The notes under the pieces were generated by a model. That model worked only from the letters and a program-made list of their open reading frames with translations, searched no databases and was not told the DNA's origin. A stretch of 64,000 nt of DNA from Thermodesulfobacteriota bacterium. GTDB lineage: Bacteria > Desulfobacterota_D > UBA1144 > Nemesobacterales > UBA2774. The stretch lies in contig OY729416.1 of the NCBI GenBank assembly GCA_963422265.1, positions 1-64,000 on the forward strand, in the 5' to 3' direction. Shown here piece after piece: positions 17,961 to 27,096 of the stretch. Position 1 is the first letter of the stretch. The number at the start of each line of letters is the position of its first letter. A program made the translations under genes and the position numbers.

Positions 17961-20024
17961 TTGTGTAGGGAGAATGAGAGGAGAAACGGGTTGTTATACT
18001 TGTGGGCGAATAGGCATATAGTGTGGGGAGACCACACGGGACTTCCAGTTGCTTGCGTAAAAATTGACAAGGCAAGCGCCCCTGAAAGCCCAGCGCTGGG
18101 AGAAATATATGAGAGGCGACTTGTTACCCTCCCTCAAATCCCAGAGCCTTCTACAGAGCACAGGGACGGCATAGTTGGGACTGGGAGCGTTACGCTCAGT
18201 GTTGATAATTCAGATGGTCTGCTCAATGGTAGAGACATTACGGGATGGAACGTCTCTATATCCTTGTTGGATGGTAAAGGAGTCTTAACCGCAAGGTTTG
18301 AGGGACGGATAGATGAATGGACTCTGGGTGGGATAAAGTGTGAACTTACGGTCAAGAGCCATGAGGCTATTGCACTGTCGGCTGAGCTTCCAAAACGGAC
18401 GTTGAATGATGTGATTGAAGCTGAAAAAAGCGCTGGACGAACAGACGGACTTATAAGCGAGAACCTGAGCAAGCCAATACCGATTGTTTTTGGTAGGGTG
18501 GTTAAGATGCCTCTATTGCTTATCCGCTCTGATGACGTGAACAGGGAATATCATTACATAGTTGGTGAGGGGCAAGGGCTGAACGGTAAGAGCTTTAAGG
18601 GCGTCTATACTGTGTATAGGGATAAGCTGGCACTTGATTCTATTGAGGGAGTAGTAGGGGGCGGCGCACGGAACGCCTCTCTCACTTTAGAGGACGGAGA
18701 TAGGCGGACTGAGGAATGGTATAAAAACTGGTGGGTTGAAATCACCTTGGGGACGGGAGCGGGACAGATACGAAGGGTAGAGTCATACAATTCCGCATCA
18801 AACGAGGTGGCTGTGGCTGATGAATGGAATCCTGCTCCTGACGCTGCGAGTGAATACAGGCTGAGGGAATGGCGGTTTTACGATGGGGGTCAGACGAATT
18901 ACTATCCCGGCTATGCGTGGATACGGCTCAAGAAGCGATTTGGGGATAAAGGGGTGCAGTTTTACGCTGACGTAAGTGGCTTGCAGGACGAGGTGAACCC
19001 GATGAACGCCGTTAAAAGTATTCTGCAAAGTAGCACATGGGGGTTGGGGGAGAAGGCAGTGTTTCATGAGGATGGGGTGCGGTCGTCTCCGTTAAGGTGT
19101 GAGGGGGCGCTCGTTACCAAGACGTCGGCTAGGGACGTAATTAGCGAGATACTTAGGATGGGGGGGATGATGATTATGCGCAACGCTGGACGCCTTAGCA
19201 TCGTGGGTGATGAAGACAGGGGTGTGGGAATGGGGGAGAGTTTGGAGATAAGCGATCTTGTGGAGAGAAGCCCTCAAGTCAAATACGCTAGGATAGAAGA
19301 CAGGGTTAGGAGTCTTAAAATCAGGTATAGAAAGGATCACTCGGAGAACGATGCGTATTGCTGCGAGTTGACACGGCAATCTAGCCCCGAAGGGGTGGAT
19401 GAAACACTTGATGCGAGATGGATATATGAGCACGAGACGGCGGATAGGGTATTGGACTATATGCGCAAGAAGATAGCCTTAGCGAGCAGGAAATTGGCGG
19501 TTGCTATTGGGAAGGAACAATCTGAGGGGGAGGTAGGGAGCGTTTGGAAAATCTCTATACCGCATCTAGGGATAGAGGAAGAGGCATGGGAAGTGACGGA
19601 CTCTACTCACGTACTGGCGGGGGAGAGGACAGTATCGTTTATTCCGTATTCTGACGCTCCGTATAATTACGAGCCTATTACGGATGAGGGAGGGACGTTG
19701 CCTGATGACGTGGACAGCGTTGAGCCAGACTATGAGAACACACCGCCCGACCCGGTAGCGAACTTAACCGTCTCTATCATTGCCAACTACGCTAATCTGC
19801 AGTGGAACTCGCCCGAAGATAACTACGGCGGGGTGGTGGTGAGTGTGAAGGAGAGTGATGAGGACGTATCGGAGTATCGTGAGGAGGTTACCGTGAAGGG
19901 AAACTCGGCGAGGGTGCGTGGGCTGACGTCGGGGAAGAGCTACGACTTTATGGTTATATCACTTAACCAAACAGGAGAGATTAAAGGACTGCCTGTGTTT
20001 AGAATGGGTAATACTGTTGGTTAA
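17961..20024 (+). CDS. Tail tip / baseplate hub protein with C-terminal FN3 domain
   Basis: LSVDNSDG, FEGRIDEW, KPIPIVFGRV and TLGTGAGQIRRV motifs; C-terminal PPDPVANL...W...GLTSGKSYDF FN3; alternative start TTG 17991 with GAGGAG SD. Confidence 0.75.
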   Translation: MCRENERRNGLLYLWANRHIVWGDHTGLPVACVKIDKASAPESPALGEIYERRLVTLPQIPEPSTEHRDGIVGTGSVTLSVDNSDGLLNGRDITGWNVSISLLDGKGVLTARFEGRIDEWTLGGIKCELTVKSHEAIALSAELPKRTLNDVIEAEKSAGRTDGLISENLSKPIPIVFGRVVKMPLLLIRSDDVNREYHYIVGEGQGLNGKSFKGVYTVYRDKLALDSIEGVVGGGARNASLTLEDGDRRTEEWYKNWWVEITLGTGAGQIRRVESYNSASNEVAVADEWNPAPDAASEYRLREWRFYDGGQTNYYPGYAWIRLKKRFGDKGVQFYADVSGLQDEVNPMNAVKSILQSSTWGLGEKAVFHEDGVRSSPLRCEGALVTKTSARDVISEILRMGGMMIMRNAGRLSIVGDEDRGVGMGESLEISDLVERSPQVKYARIEDRVRSLKIRYRKDHSENDAYCCELTRQSSPEGVDETLDARWIYEHETADRVLDYMRKKIALASRKLAVAIGKEQSEGEVGSVWKISIPHLGIEEEAWEVTDSTHVLAGERTVSFIPYSDAPYNYEPITDEGGTLPDDVDSVEPDYENTPPDPVANLTVSIIANYANLQWNSPEDNYGGVVVSVKESDEDVSEYREEVTVKGNSARVRGLTSGKSYDFMVISLNQTGEIKGLPVFRMGNTVG

Positions 20025-20173
20025 TCATACCTTTAGCCCCATTTAATCCCGCTTAAAAAACCTTTTAAGCAACGGATAAATAGCCACATTACAAGTTAAG
20101 CTGACTACTTAAGTTTGACCAAGTTAGGGCAACGAGGCATCACAACCCCGTGCCAAACCATGTTGTCGGTTAT
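19983..20173. repeat. Segment duplicated at 26883-27028
   Basis: Near-identical 3' end of the hub gene plus downstream DNA; the second copy lacks about 46 nt. Confidence 0.92.
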
Positions 20174-20174
20174 A

Positions 20175-20258
20175 ATAAGCTTGGAGGGGGAGCGTAGAGA
20201 GGTTTCTAGTGGAGTTGTGGATCACGGGATACTATTATGGTGGAAGCTGTTATTGTAG
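20175..20258 (+). repeat. Orphan copy of the last 84 nt of the autotransporter gene (25126-25209)
   Basis: ATAAGCTTGGAGGGGGAGCG...CTGTTATTGTAG identical except for one base. Confidence 0.95.
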
Positions 20259-20321
20259 GTAGAGGGGAGAAGAAAATCTGAACTGTCGCTATATCCCCCT
20301 TTAGAAAAGGGGGATTGTGTG

Positions 20322-20594
20322 TGGTTCTCCTACCTGGTCGCAAATTGCTACTGACTCACCTACAGGTAATTTTCTGCGGCATGGACGGGAACGCCTGCCA
20401 TGAGAATCTCCCCATTCTCATTACGCGAAGTTAAAGTTAAGATTTAATAGCTGTGCAGTGCGTTTTGCATCTTCATAAAAGAGTTCAAAGAAGTCACCCA
20501 TACGGTAAAACAACAAGATATCCGGATATTCCGCCTTAATACGTAAATACTGCTGCATCATAGGGGTATGTTTTGTGGAGGAGCGTGCGATCAT
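20322..20594 (-). pseudogene. mutS: 5' fragment of DNA mismatch repair protein MutS (domain I), frameshifted
   Basis: Manual translation: [42 protein letters not shown] / [25 protein letters not shown] / GESVAICDQVGEP, then truncated by a repeat. Confidence 0.9.
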
Positions 20595-21029
20595 AGTAGA
20601 GACTTAGCCCATATATTGTATTGTACTGTATCACTTGCGGACGTCAGCAAATGGTCGATGAAATAGATATTGTAGACAGCTTCAGGCACTGTGGTTTGTA
20701 TTTTACATAGCTTGCTGGATTTAACTGGATATCGTTGCATTTGTGTTTCTGAAAGCACGTATTGTAGAAACAACGACCATTAATATTGGAATCACATAAC
20801 GCGGTAGGAACAAGCCTCCGCACCTGTCCACATAAATGCTGAATATACATAGCTGGACAGCATAGGCAGGAAAATCAAACCTTGAATTTTTTGTTCCTGC
20901 TCTTTACTAATTCCTAATTCTTGATTATCCTGCTCGTTCGTATTTTCATTCTTTATTATGTTGGTGTGCGTATTAAGACTGGTGTAAGATAAATATGCCA
21001 TGTAGTGAACAATCTCACGGAGGGAAGCA

Positions 21030-21888
21030 ATGAACCAACCACGAAACTTCTTTAATACATTGAACCACATCCCCGGTCTGCGGGCTCTCACCGCACCCTT
21101 TATTACCCCCCCCCCCCCCCGAAATTCCTGTTCCTTACGGTACTCGCCGCTACCCTGGGACTGATCTTCTGTACCATCTATGTTCCCATAGCCACTGCGA
21201 ACTCTACAGTGACACCACCGGCGGCCCTTGCCGGGATCAAAGTGATTCCGCGCAGTGGCAAAGTCAAGTTCCGCTGGATCTTCCCAACAACCCCGCCATC
21301 GAAAGCTATCAATATAAACAATGGACTGGCAATAACGAACCCACCAGTCCTGACGTCTGGAAATACTTTGCACCAAGTGGAGACAGTCCGAATACGCGGA
21401 GCCGCTCGTTATGGAACCTGACCAACGGCACCGAGTATAAATTTCGCATTCGGGCGGTGGCCACCGGCAATGTTACAGGGGCGCCCTCCGACGTCATTAC
21501 CGTGACCCCGACGGCCACGCCTCCCCCGTCTCCCGCAAGGCCTGCTAACGTCAACGCGGTACCCGGCTACAGACAAATAGTGTTAAGTTGGAATAAGTCC
21601 AATAATGCTGCCATTACCAAGTATCAGATCCGGCAGCAGGACATAGAGATTGCACGCGACGGGAGAAAAACCAAAGGGAAATGGAGTCCTTGGAGCGACA
21701 TCCCGGGCAGTGGCAAAGACACCGAAGGCTATACAGTGACCGGTTTAACCACCGGCGTGAAGTACAACTTCCGCATTCGGGCAAACCCAACAACCCTGCC
21801 ATCACCGGCTACCAATATAAATACTGGTGGCCCGTAACTGGTACTATGGGAAGGCGTCCCAACCTGTCGTCGGTAGGGTGCCAAGCTG
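21030..21888 (+). pseudogene. Broken 5' part (signal peptide plus FN3 repeats) of the downstream autotransporter
   Basis: GGAGGG SD and ATG 21030; C15 tract at 21106-21120 puts signal peptide KFLFLTVLAATLGLIFCTIYVPIATA out of frame; further frameshift near 21276 and internal deletions near 21785-21885. Confidence 0.8.
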
Positions 21889-24800
21889 GTGCAGGCAGCG
21901 CCTACTAAAATCAGTGCGCATGCCAGGTACAAACAAGTCGAGCTGATCTGGCGTAATCCGAATCTGGATGATCAGCGGGACACCACCATCACCAAATACC
22001 AGATCAAATACTGGAGTGGCAACAGCGAGACCGGCGACTGGAGCGACATATCGGCCACCATCAACACCACCCACGTCTACTACCTCGTCACCGGGCTCAC
22101 CAACAACACCACCTACAACTTCCGCATTCGTGGGTTTACTGACGGTGTTAAAGCGACCGAGTCCAACCTCGTTCAAGCGACACCGGTGGCGGGTCCGCCG
22201 AGAACCCCGTCCCGCCCTCAAGCAGTGGCCGGCGACAGCGAAGTCACATTAACCTGGGATAACCCCAACAACCGCGACATCACCAAATACCAGATCAAGC
22301 AATGGACCGGCGGTGGCGAGCGCGGCAGCTGGAGTGGTTGGAGCGACATCCCGGGCAGCGACAAAGACACCACCGACTACACCGTGCCCGGGCTCACCAA
22401 CGGAGTTAAATACAGCTTCCGCATTCGCGCCATGGCCGGCAGCGTTACCGGCTCACAATCTCCCTACACCGCCGTAGTAATACCGGCCGTGCCTGTAGTC
22501 GTGCCTGGTAGCATCACCGTAGCCGTACGCGACAGCGTCGGCGACAGCATCGCTATATCCGTGGGTATCATCCATACGGGCACCAGAACCGTTGACAGCG
22601 TCGTCCCCACCACCGAAGACGGCGGCAGTTACAGCTTCACCGTCGTACTCGACACCCAGCCCTCGGCGGCCGTCAGCATCGCCGTATCCAGTTCCGACAC
22701 CACCGAAGGTACGGTTGACAAGAACAGCTTAGTCTTCACCACCACCAACTGGAATATCCCACAGATGGTCACCGTAACCGGTCAGGCAGACGCCCTTACC
22801 GATGGCGACCAGGACTACACCATCATACTGGCCGCGGCCGTCAGCACCGATACCAACTACCACGGCATTGACCCGATTGACATAGCCATTACTAACAACG
22901 ACACCGTCACTGCCACATCGGCATCTCACAGAGAAGCTCGGGCGGTTACCATGGGTGGTTTCACCGTCATTGGTGCAGACCCGGGCAGTCTTGGCGTAGA
23001 GGGCGACAAAATCAATGCCCGGGTAATTGGCACCGGTATACAACTGGAACTGCCGTCTGATCACCGCGTGACCCGTGCCACCTCTCCAAGCGGACGCGTG
23101 AGCAGCTACCCCCCACCACAGGCTGGTGTGAGCTTTGGAGCGGAGGCGGCCTACGTGGACGTTGACATAGACACGCCACTGCCATCTGGACACGGCGTGA
23201 CGACGATCGAGTTTTCAACGGCGGCGCCCACTGTTACTGAGCCGGCGGGCGTGAACTTTGGGGACGACCCGTCTTACGTGGATATAGATTTGGACGAGGA
23301 GCTCTTGTCATCAAGAGCCATCGTGTGTCTGGAGGAGCCCGAAGAGCTGTCAGGTAATCTATCTGTATATCATCTTGCCGATGTAGAAGGTGCGGTGTGG
23401 AGGAAGCTGCCGTCGCCCGCGCCTGAATTGGTGCCCAGCGGTTATGTATGCGGTGAAACGAGTAGTTTTTCTACTTTTGTAGCGGGTTCGCAAAAGCCGA
23501 CTTTCGGTTCAGAATCCATTGAGGACTACGTCTGGACGGTTGGTATGGAAGTTGATGTTGTTCTACCTGAGGCTACTGGTGGTGACGGTGCTATTACCTA
23601 CAGTCTGGTTCCTGAACTACCAAGCGGGATCGAGTTCGATAAAGAGGATCTCACCATCACCGGCACGCCAACTGAGGCATTTGCTATGACTAAGTTTACC
23701 TACAAAGCTACAGACAAATTTGGAGCTAGTGAGACGTTGACGTTTACCATAACAGTGGAGGAAGCTGCGGTTAAGGAACGTGCCCGAATTCTTTCAGTAG
23801 TTCTAGCTTCTTTTGGGCGGACTGCGGCAACAGAAGCGGTGGACGTAATTGGTGAACGTTTTGTTTCTTCTTCTTTGGCAGGTAGTCCTAAATTGACATT
23901 GGGTGGGTCTTCTATGACATCGTTTGACTCTAGTTCTGTGGCAGGAGCTCTGGATGGGGTTCTGGGGTTGAGTGGTGGTTCTGATAGTGAATTGCTTGAG
24001 GGTTTAGATCGTGAGCCGATTGAATTACGGCGAGTTTCTGGGAGGGATTTGTTTGCGCAGAGCGAGTTTTCTATTCCTTTGGCAAGTGGGGATGGAGAAG
24101 GGGTCATGAGAGGCTGGACGTTATGGGGTAAAGGTGCAGGGAGCAGATTTTCCAGCCGGCTAGATGGAGGTGACATTGAGACCGACGGTGAACTATACAC
24201 GGGCTACATGGGACTGGACTACCGTTTTGGTAATAAAGGTTTGGCGGGAGTAGCGATATCTCGTAGTGTTGGAGAGGTGGACTATGAGGTGAGTAGTATA
24301 AGAGGAGATGTGGATATGGGGTTGACGAGCGTTCTTCCTTATGCTCACTACGCTGTTCGTCCTGGTCTGAGTTTGTGGGGTTTGGTAGGGGGTGGAATAG
24401 GTGAGGTAGAGTTGAAAGATGCAGCAGGAGAAGTGGAGACGGACGTAACGATGCTAATGGCAGCGATAGGCGGGCGTCAGGAGCTGGCTAGTTGGGGAGA
24501 TATAGATTTTGGGTTAAAGAGTGATGGTTTTGCAGTGCAGTTAAAGACAGAGGGGGTGGAAGGTCTTTCTGAGGTTAGTGGAGTAGCGCGTCGTTTACGA
24601 TTAGGTTTAGAGATGAGCCGGGATGTGTATGTATCAGAAGATTCTTTGTTGCTGCCAAGAGTGGAGATAGGGGGGCGCTGGGACGGCGGAGATGCGGATA
24701 GTGGAGTAGGTATGGAGGTAGGGGGTGGAGTAGAGTATGTTGATAGGGGTTTGGGATTGAGCGTGGAGGTTCGAGGGAGGTATTTGTTGTTTCATGAGGA

Positions 24801-25209
24801 GTCTGAGTTTGAGGATTGGGGAGGTAGTTTTTCATTGCGGATGGGTGAAGGGGTTCGGGGGCGTGGATTATGGTTGATGTTTGAGCCTGAGTGGGGAGAG
24901 GTAGCGAGTGGAGTAGAGCGAATGTGGCGAGGTGAGGTAGAGAGTGGGTTAGGAGTAGGGAAGCGGGGTTTATCTCCTGGGCGTGTGAAGTTTGATGTTG
25001 GATATGGTATGGAGACGCGAGGTAGTGGGTGGCTTGTAACGCCGTATAGTGGCGTATCTATTATGGGGGAGGAGGAGCGCGAGTATAGGTTGGGTGGCAA
25101 GGTAGGTGTAGGGGAGTGGATGGATATAAGCTTGGAGGGGGAGCGTAGAGAGGTTTCTAGTGGAGTTGTGGATCACGGAATACTATTATGGTGGAAGCTG
25201 TTATTGTAG
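21889..25209 (+). CDS. FN3 / Calx-beta-like / putative Ig domain autotransporter (N-terminally truncated)
   Basis: Two FN3 repeats, TTEDGG...FTTTNWNIPQ domain, LPEATGGDGAITYSL Ig motif and C-terminal barrel with WTLWGKG, GLDYR and GGRWDGGDA. Confidence 0.8.
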   Translation: MQAAPTKISAHARYKQVELIWRNPNLDDQRDTTITKYQIKYWSGNSETGDWSDISATINTTHVYYLVTGLTNNTTYNFRIRGFTDGVKATESNLVQATPVAGPPRTPSRPQAVAGDSEVTLTWDNPNNRDITKYQIKQWTGGGERGSWSGWSDIPGSDKDTTDYTVPGLTNGVKYSFRIRAMAGSVTGSQSPYTAVVIPAVPVVVPGSITVAVRDSVGDSIAISVGIIHTGTRTVDSVVPTTEDGGSYSFTVVLDTQPSAAVSIAVSSSDTTEGTVDKNSLVFTTTNWNIPQMVTVTGQADALTDGDQDYTIILAAAVSTDTNYHGIDPIDIAITNNDTVTATSASHREARAVTMGGFTVIGADPGSLGVEGDKINARVIGTGIQLELPSDHRVTRATSPSGRVSSYPPPQAGVSFGAEAAYVDVDIDTPLPSGHGVTTIEFSTAAPTVTEPAGVNFGDDPSYVDIDLDEELLSSRAIVCLEEPEELSGNLSVYHLADVEGAVWRKLPSPAPELVPSGYVCGETSSFSTFVAGSQKPTFGSESIEDYVWTVGMEVDVVLPEATGGDGAITYSLVPELPSGIEFDKEDLTITGTPTEAFAMTKFTYKATDKFGASETLTFTITVEEAAVKERARILSVVLASFGRTAATEAVDVIGERFVSSSLAGSPKLTLGGSSMTSFDSSSVAGALDGVLGLSGGSDSELLEGLDREPIELRRVSGRDLFAQSEFSIPLASGDGEGVMRGWTLWGKGAGSRFSSRLDGGDIETDGELYTGYMGLDYRFGNKGLAGVAISRSVGEVDYEVSSIRGDVDMGLTSVLPYAHYAVRPGLSLWGLVGGGIGEVELKDAAGEVETDVTMLMAAIGGRQELASWGDIDFGLKSDGFAVQLKTEGVEGLSEVSGVARRLRLGLEMSRDVYVSEDSLLLPRVEIGGRWDGGDADSGVGMEVGGGVEYVDRGLGLSVEVRGRYLLFHEESEFEDWGGSFSLRMGEGVRGRGLWLMFEPEWGEVASGVERMWRGEVESGLGVGKRGLSPGRVKFDVGYGMETRGSGWLVTPYSGVSIMGEEEREYRLGGKVGVGEWMDISLEGERREVSSGVVDHGILLWWKLLL

Positions 25210-25804
25210 GGGGGAGAAGAAAGTCTGAACTGTAATTTTTAGGATTGAGTGATGTGCTATGATTAAAAGAATAAAGGTTAAATCCCCCGCTATATCCCCC
25301 CTTTACAAAAGGGGGGGGGTGTGTAGGGAATGAACTCTCGTGTCCCCCGATGCTCTATCTGGATTCCTAGTTGAGCTGGTAATGACGTGAGGGAGTGGGG
25401 TTCTATTGACGGGGTGTTAAAAGCTGTTAGAACTAGCTATTCTCTTTCATTTTCCATCTTTTTTCTGTTACTTTCTCGGCACTTTTCTTTAACTTTTCTA
25501 TTCATTTTCTATCCTTTTTATCTCTTTTCTTTAACGTGGTAACCACGTCCTAGAGAAAACAGGGAGAGAGTTGTTCTCGTGATTTATGTTCTTTTAGGTG
25601 GTGAATACTGACCTCTTGCCGGCATAATACCAATCTAACATTCTACTGCTTCTCCTAGTCCCTAGCCTCCGTACAGTCTTCAATTTTCTTCTCTTTCACA
25701 ATGTTTCTCAACACCGAGATTGTGGAGTATTCGTCAATTTTATCAAATAGAAATTATTTTCCTTACATGCCTTAGTTGCAGTATTAATAAATATAAGATA
25801 CATA

Positions 25805-26149
25805 TCAATGTCCATGAACGTACTCTTCATATCCTCTGAATAGTTCATTCTTTACTCTTTGGGCGTATTCTAGTCTAGATTTCTGCATCCAGTTCCACAT
25901 TTCATCATCGTATTTAGAATCTCTTTTACCTTCGTACCTTTTTTCTATATTTCTACGTTCACTTTCTAATTTCCGACGGTGTTTTTCAAGAGATTGATTG
26001 AGTGTAGGTTCCACTCTTCTTGCCCTTTGATAATCAACTCTGTCATATGTGGGTGGGGAGGGACTATTACTGCTCCCTTCACCATCACTTCCACCACCGC
26101 AACCACTACAGATAAATAACAACAGCGTCAAAATGGTTAATCTCTTCAT
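25805..26149 (-). CDS. Hypothetical lipoprotein
   Basis: MKRLTILTLLLFICSG-C lipobox followed by a Gly/Ser linker. Confidence 0.65.
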   Translation of the reverse strand: MKRLTILTLLLFICSGCGGGSDGEGSSNSPSPPTYDRVDYQRARRVEPTLNQSLEKHRRKLESERRNIEKRYEGKRDSKYDDEMWNWMQKSRLEYAQRVKNELFRGYEEYVHGH

Positions 26150-26749
26150 TTCTCTTGTTTATAAGACTCACCAACTTATTCTTCAGTTTCTCTTTGTCTT
26201 CTTCACTTAAAGACTTTGTGAGATTGGAAGAGAGGGCTTCTTCTATATATCTCTATAGCCAATTTTATGACCTCAGGGTTAAGCATAAGAGAAAGAAAAC
26301 TTGGCAAGCTCATAACACACCTCCTTTAATTTTCTTTAATTTTGATTTTTGCAATCAGACACACATTTCTATCAAGGAACAAAAGCCCCGTTTTGTAACG
26401 TTTTTTGTATGCTTGCAATAACTCCTGTCGGGCTTGTATCTCTTCGATTAGACCCTGAAATGAATTCAGGGTGACGAATGTATCTCTTCTCGGCTAGACT
26501 TGGCCCTTCAGCAAGTTCAGGACATCACTCTGCTCGGAATGATAAAGAGGGAGGCTTCCCATTCCCTAATGGCAGGCGGGGAAGTGGGAGATATTTCAAA
26601 AAATGAATGAATAACGTGAATGTTTCTCCAGAAGATGTCGGGAAATTAAAAAGAAAACTTTTTATTAGAAAATGGTGAAGCTTTTGTGGTTTAAGGAGAG
26701 TGCAGTCTAACCTACTGAAAACATTAGATATTCGGGGTGGGGGTGGGGG

Positions 26750-26924
26750 TGGGGGTAGTTTTTCTATTTATTCCCATACCTGAACTCGTTTTAGAATCGT
26801 GGACACTCATCCCGATGATATATATAGGCTCTGACATTACGCCCGACTATGCTAATATGTCCCCGATTAAACGGGAGAGAGCAAAGGACTACCTATGTTT
26901 AGAATGGGAAATACTGTTGGTTAA
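26750..26924 (+). pseudogene. Degenerate second copy of the 3' end of the tail-tip gene
   Basis: Fragments FLFIP, THPDDI, SDITPDYANMSP and KGLPMFRMGNTVG* parallel VSFIP, TLPDDV, SVEPDYENTPP and KGLPVFRMGNTVG* of 17961-20024. Confidence 0.65.
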
Positions 26925-27096
26925 TCATACCTTTAGCCCCATTTAATCCCGCTGCTGACTACTTAAGTTTGACCAAGTTAGGGCAACGAGGCATCACAAC
27001 CCCGTGCCAAACCATCTTGGCGGTTATAGCTCCCCCTTTAGAAAAGGGGGAATACAGGGGGATTTGATCTTTATCCTCCCAATCATTGCCCCTCAT

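Larger units (their letters stand above)
1791..20024 (+). mobile_element. Phage-derived head-tail morphogenesis cluster (defective prophage or domesticated GTA-like element)
   Basis: Co-oriented portal-protease-decoration-capsid-adaptor-holin-terminator-TAC-TMP-Dit-hub order; no integrase, terminase or replication genes recognised. Confidence 0.85.

Noticed and set aside
1791-20024. Complete inducible prophage, or contractile injection system / R-type tailocin
   Set aside because: No integrase, terminase, replication or endolysin genes; no sheath or wedge baseplate genes; capsid and portal are present
20591-21376. 194-aa minus-strand ORF 20792-21376 and adjacent small ORFs
   Set aside because: The 5' half is antisense to the autotransporter start and crosses the homopolymer; the rest may be a decayed gene but I cannot assign it
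25440-26340. Additional minus-strand genes around the 25805 lipoprotein (AAGGAGGTG SD near 26320)
   Set aside because: Only short or stop-interrupted frames; no recognisable product
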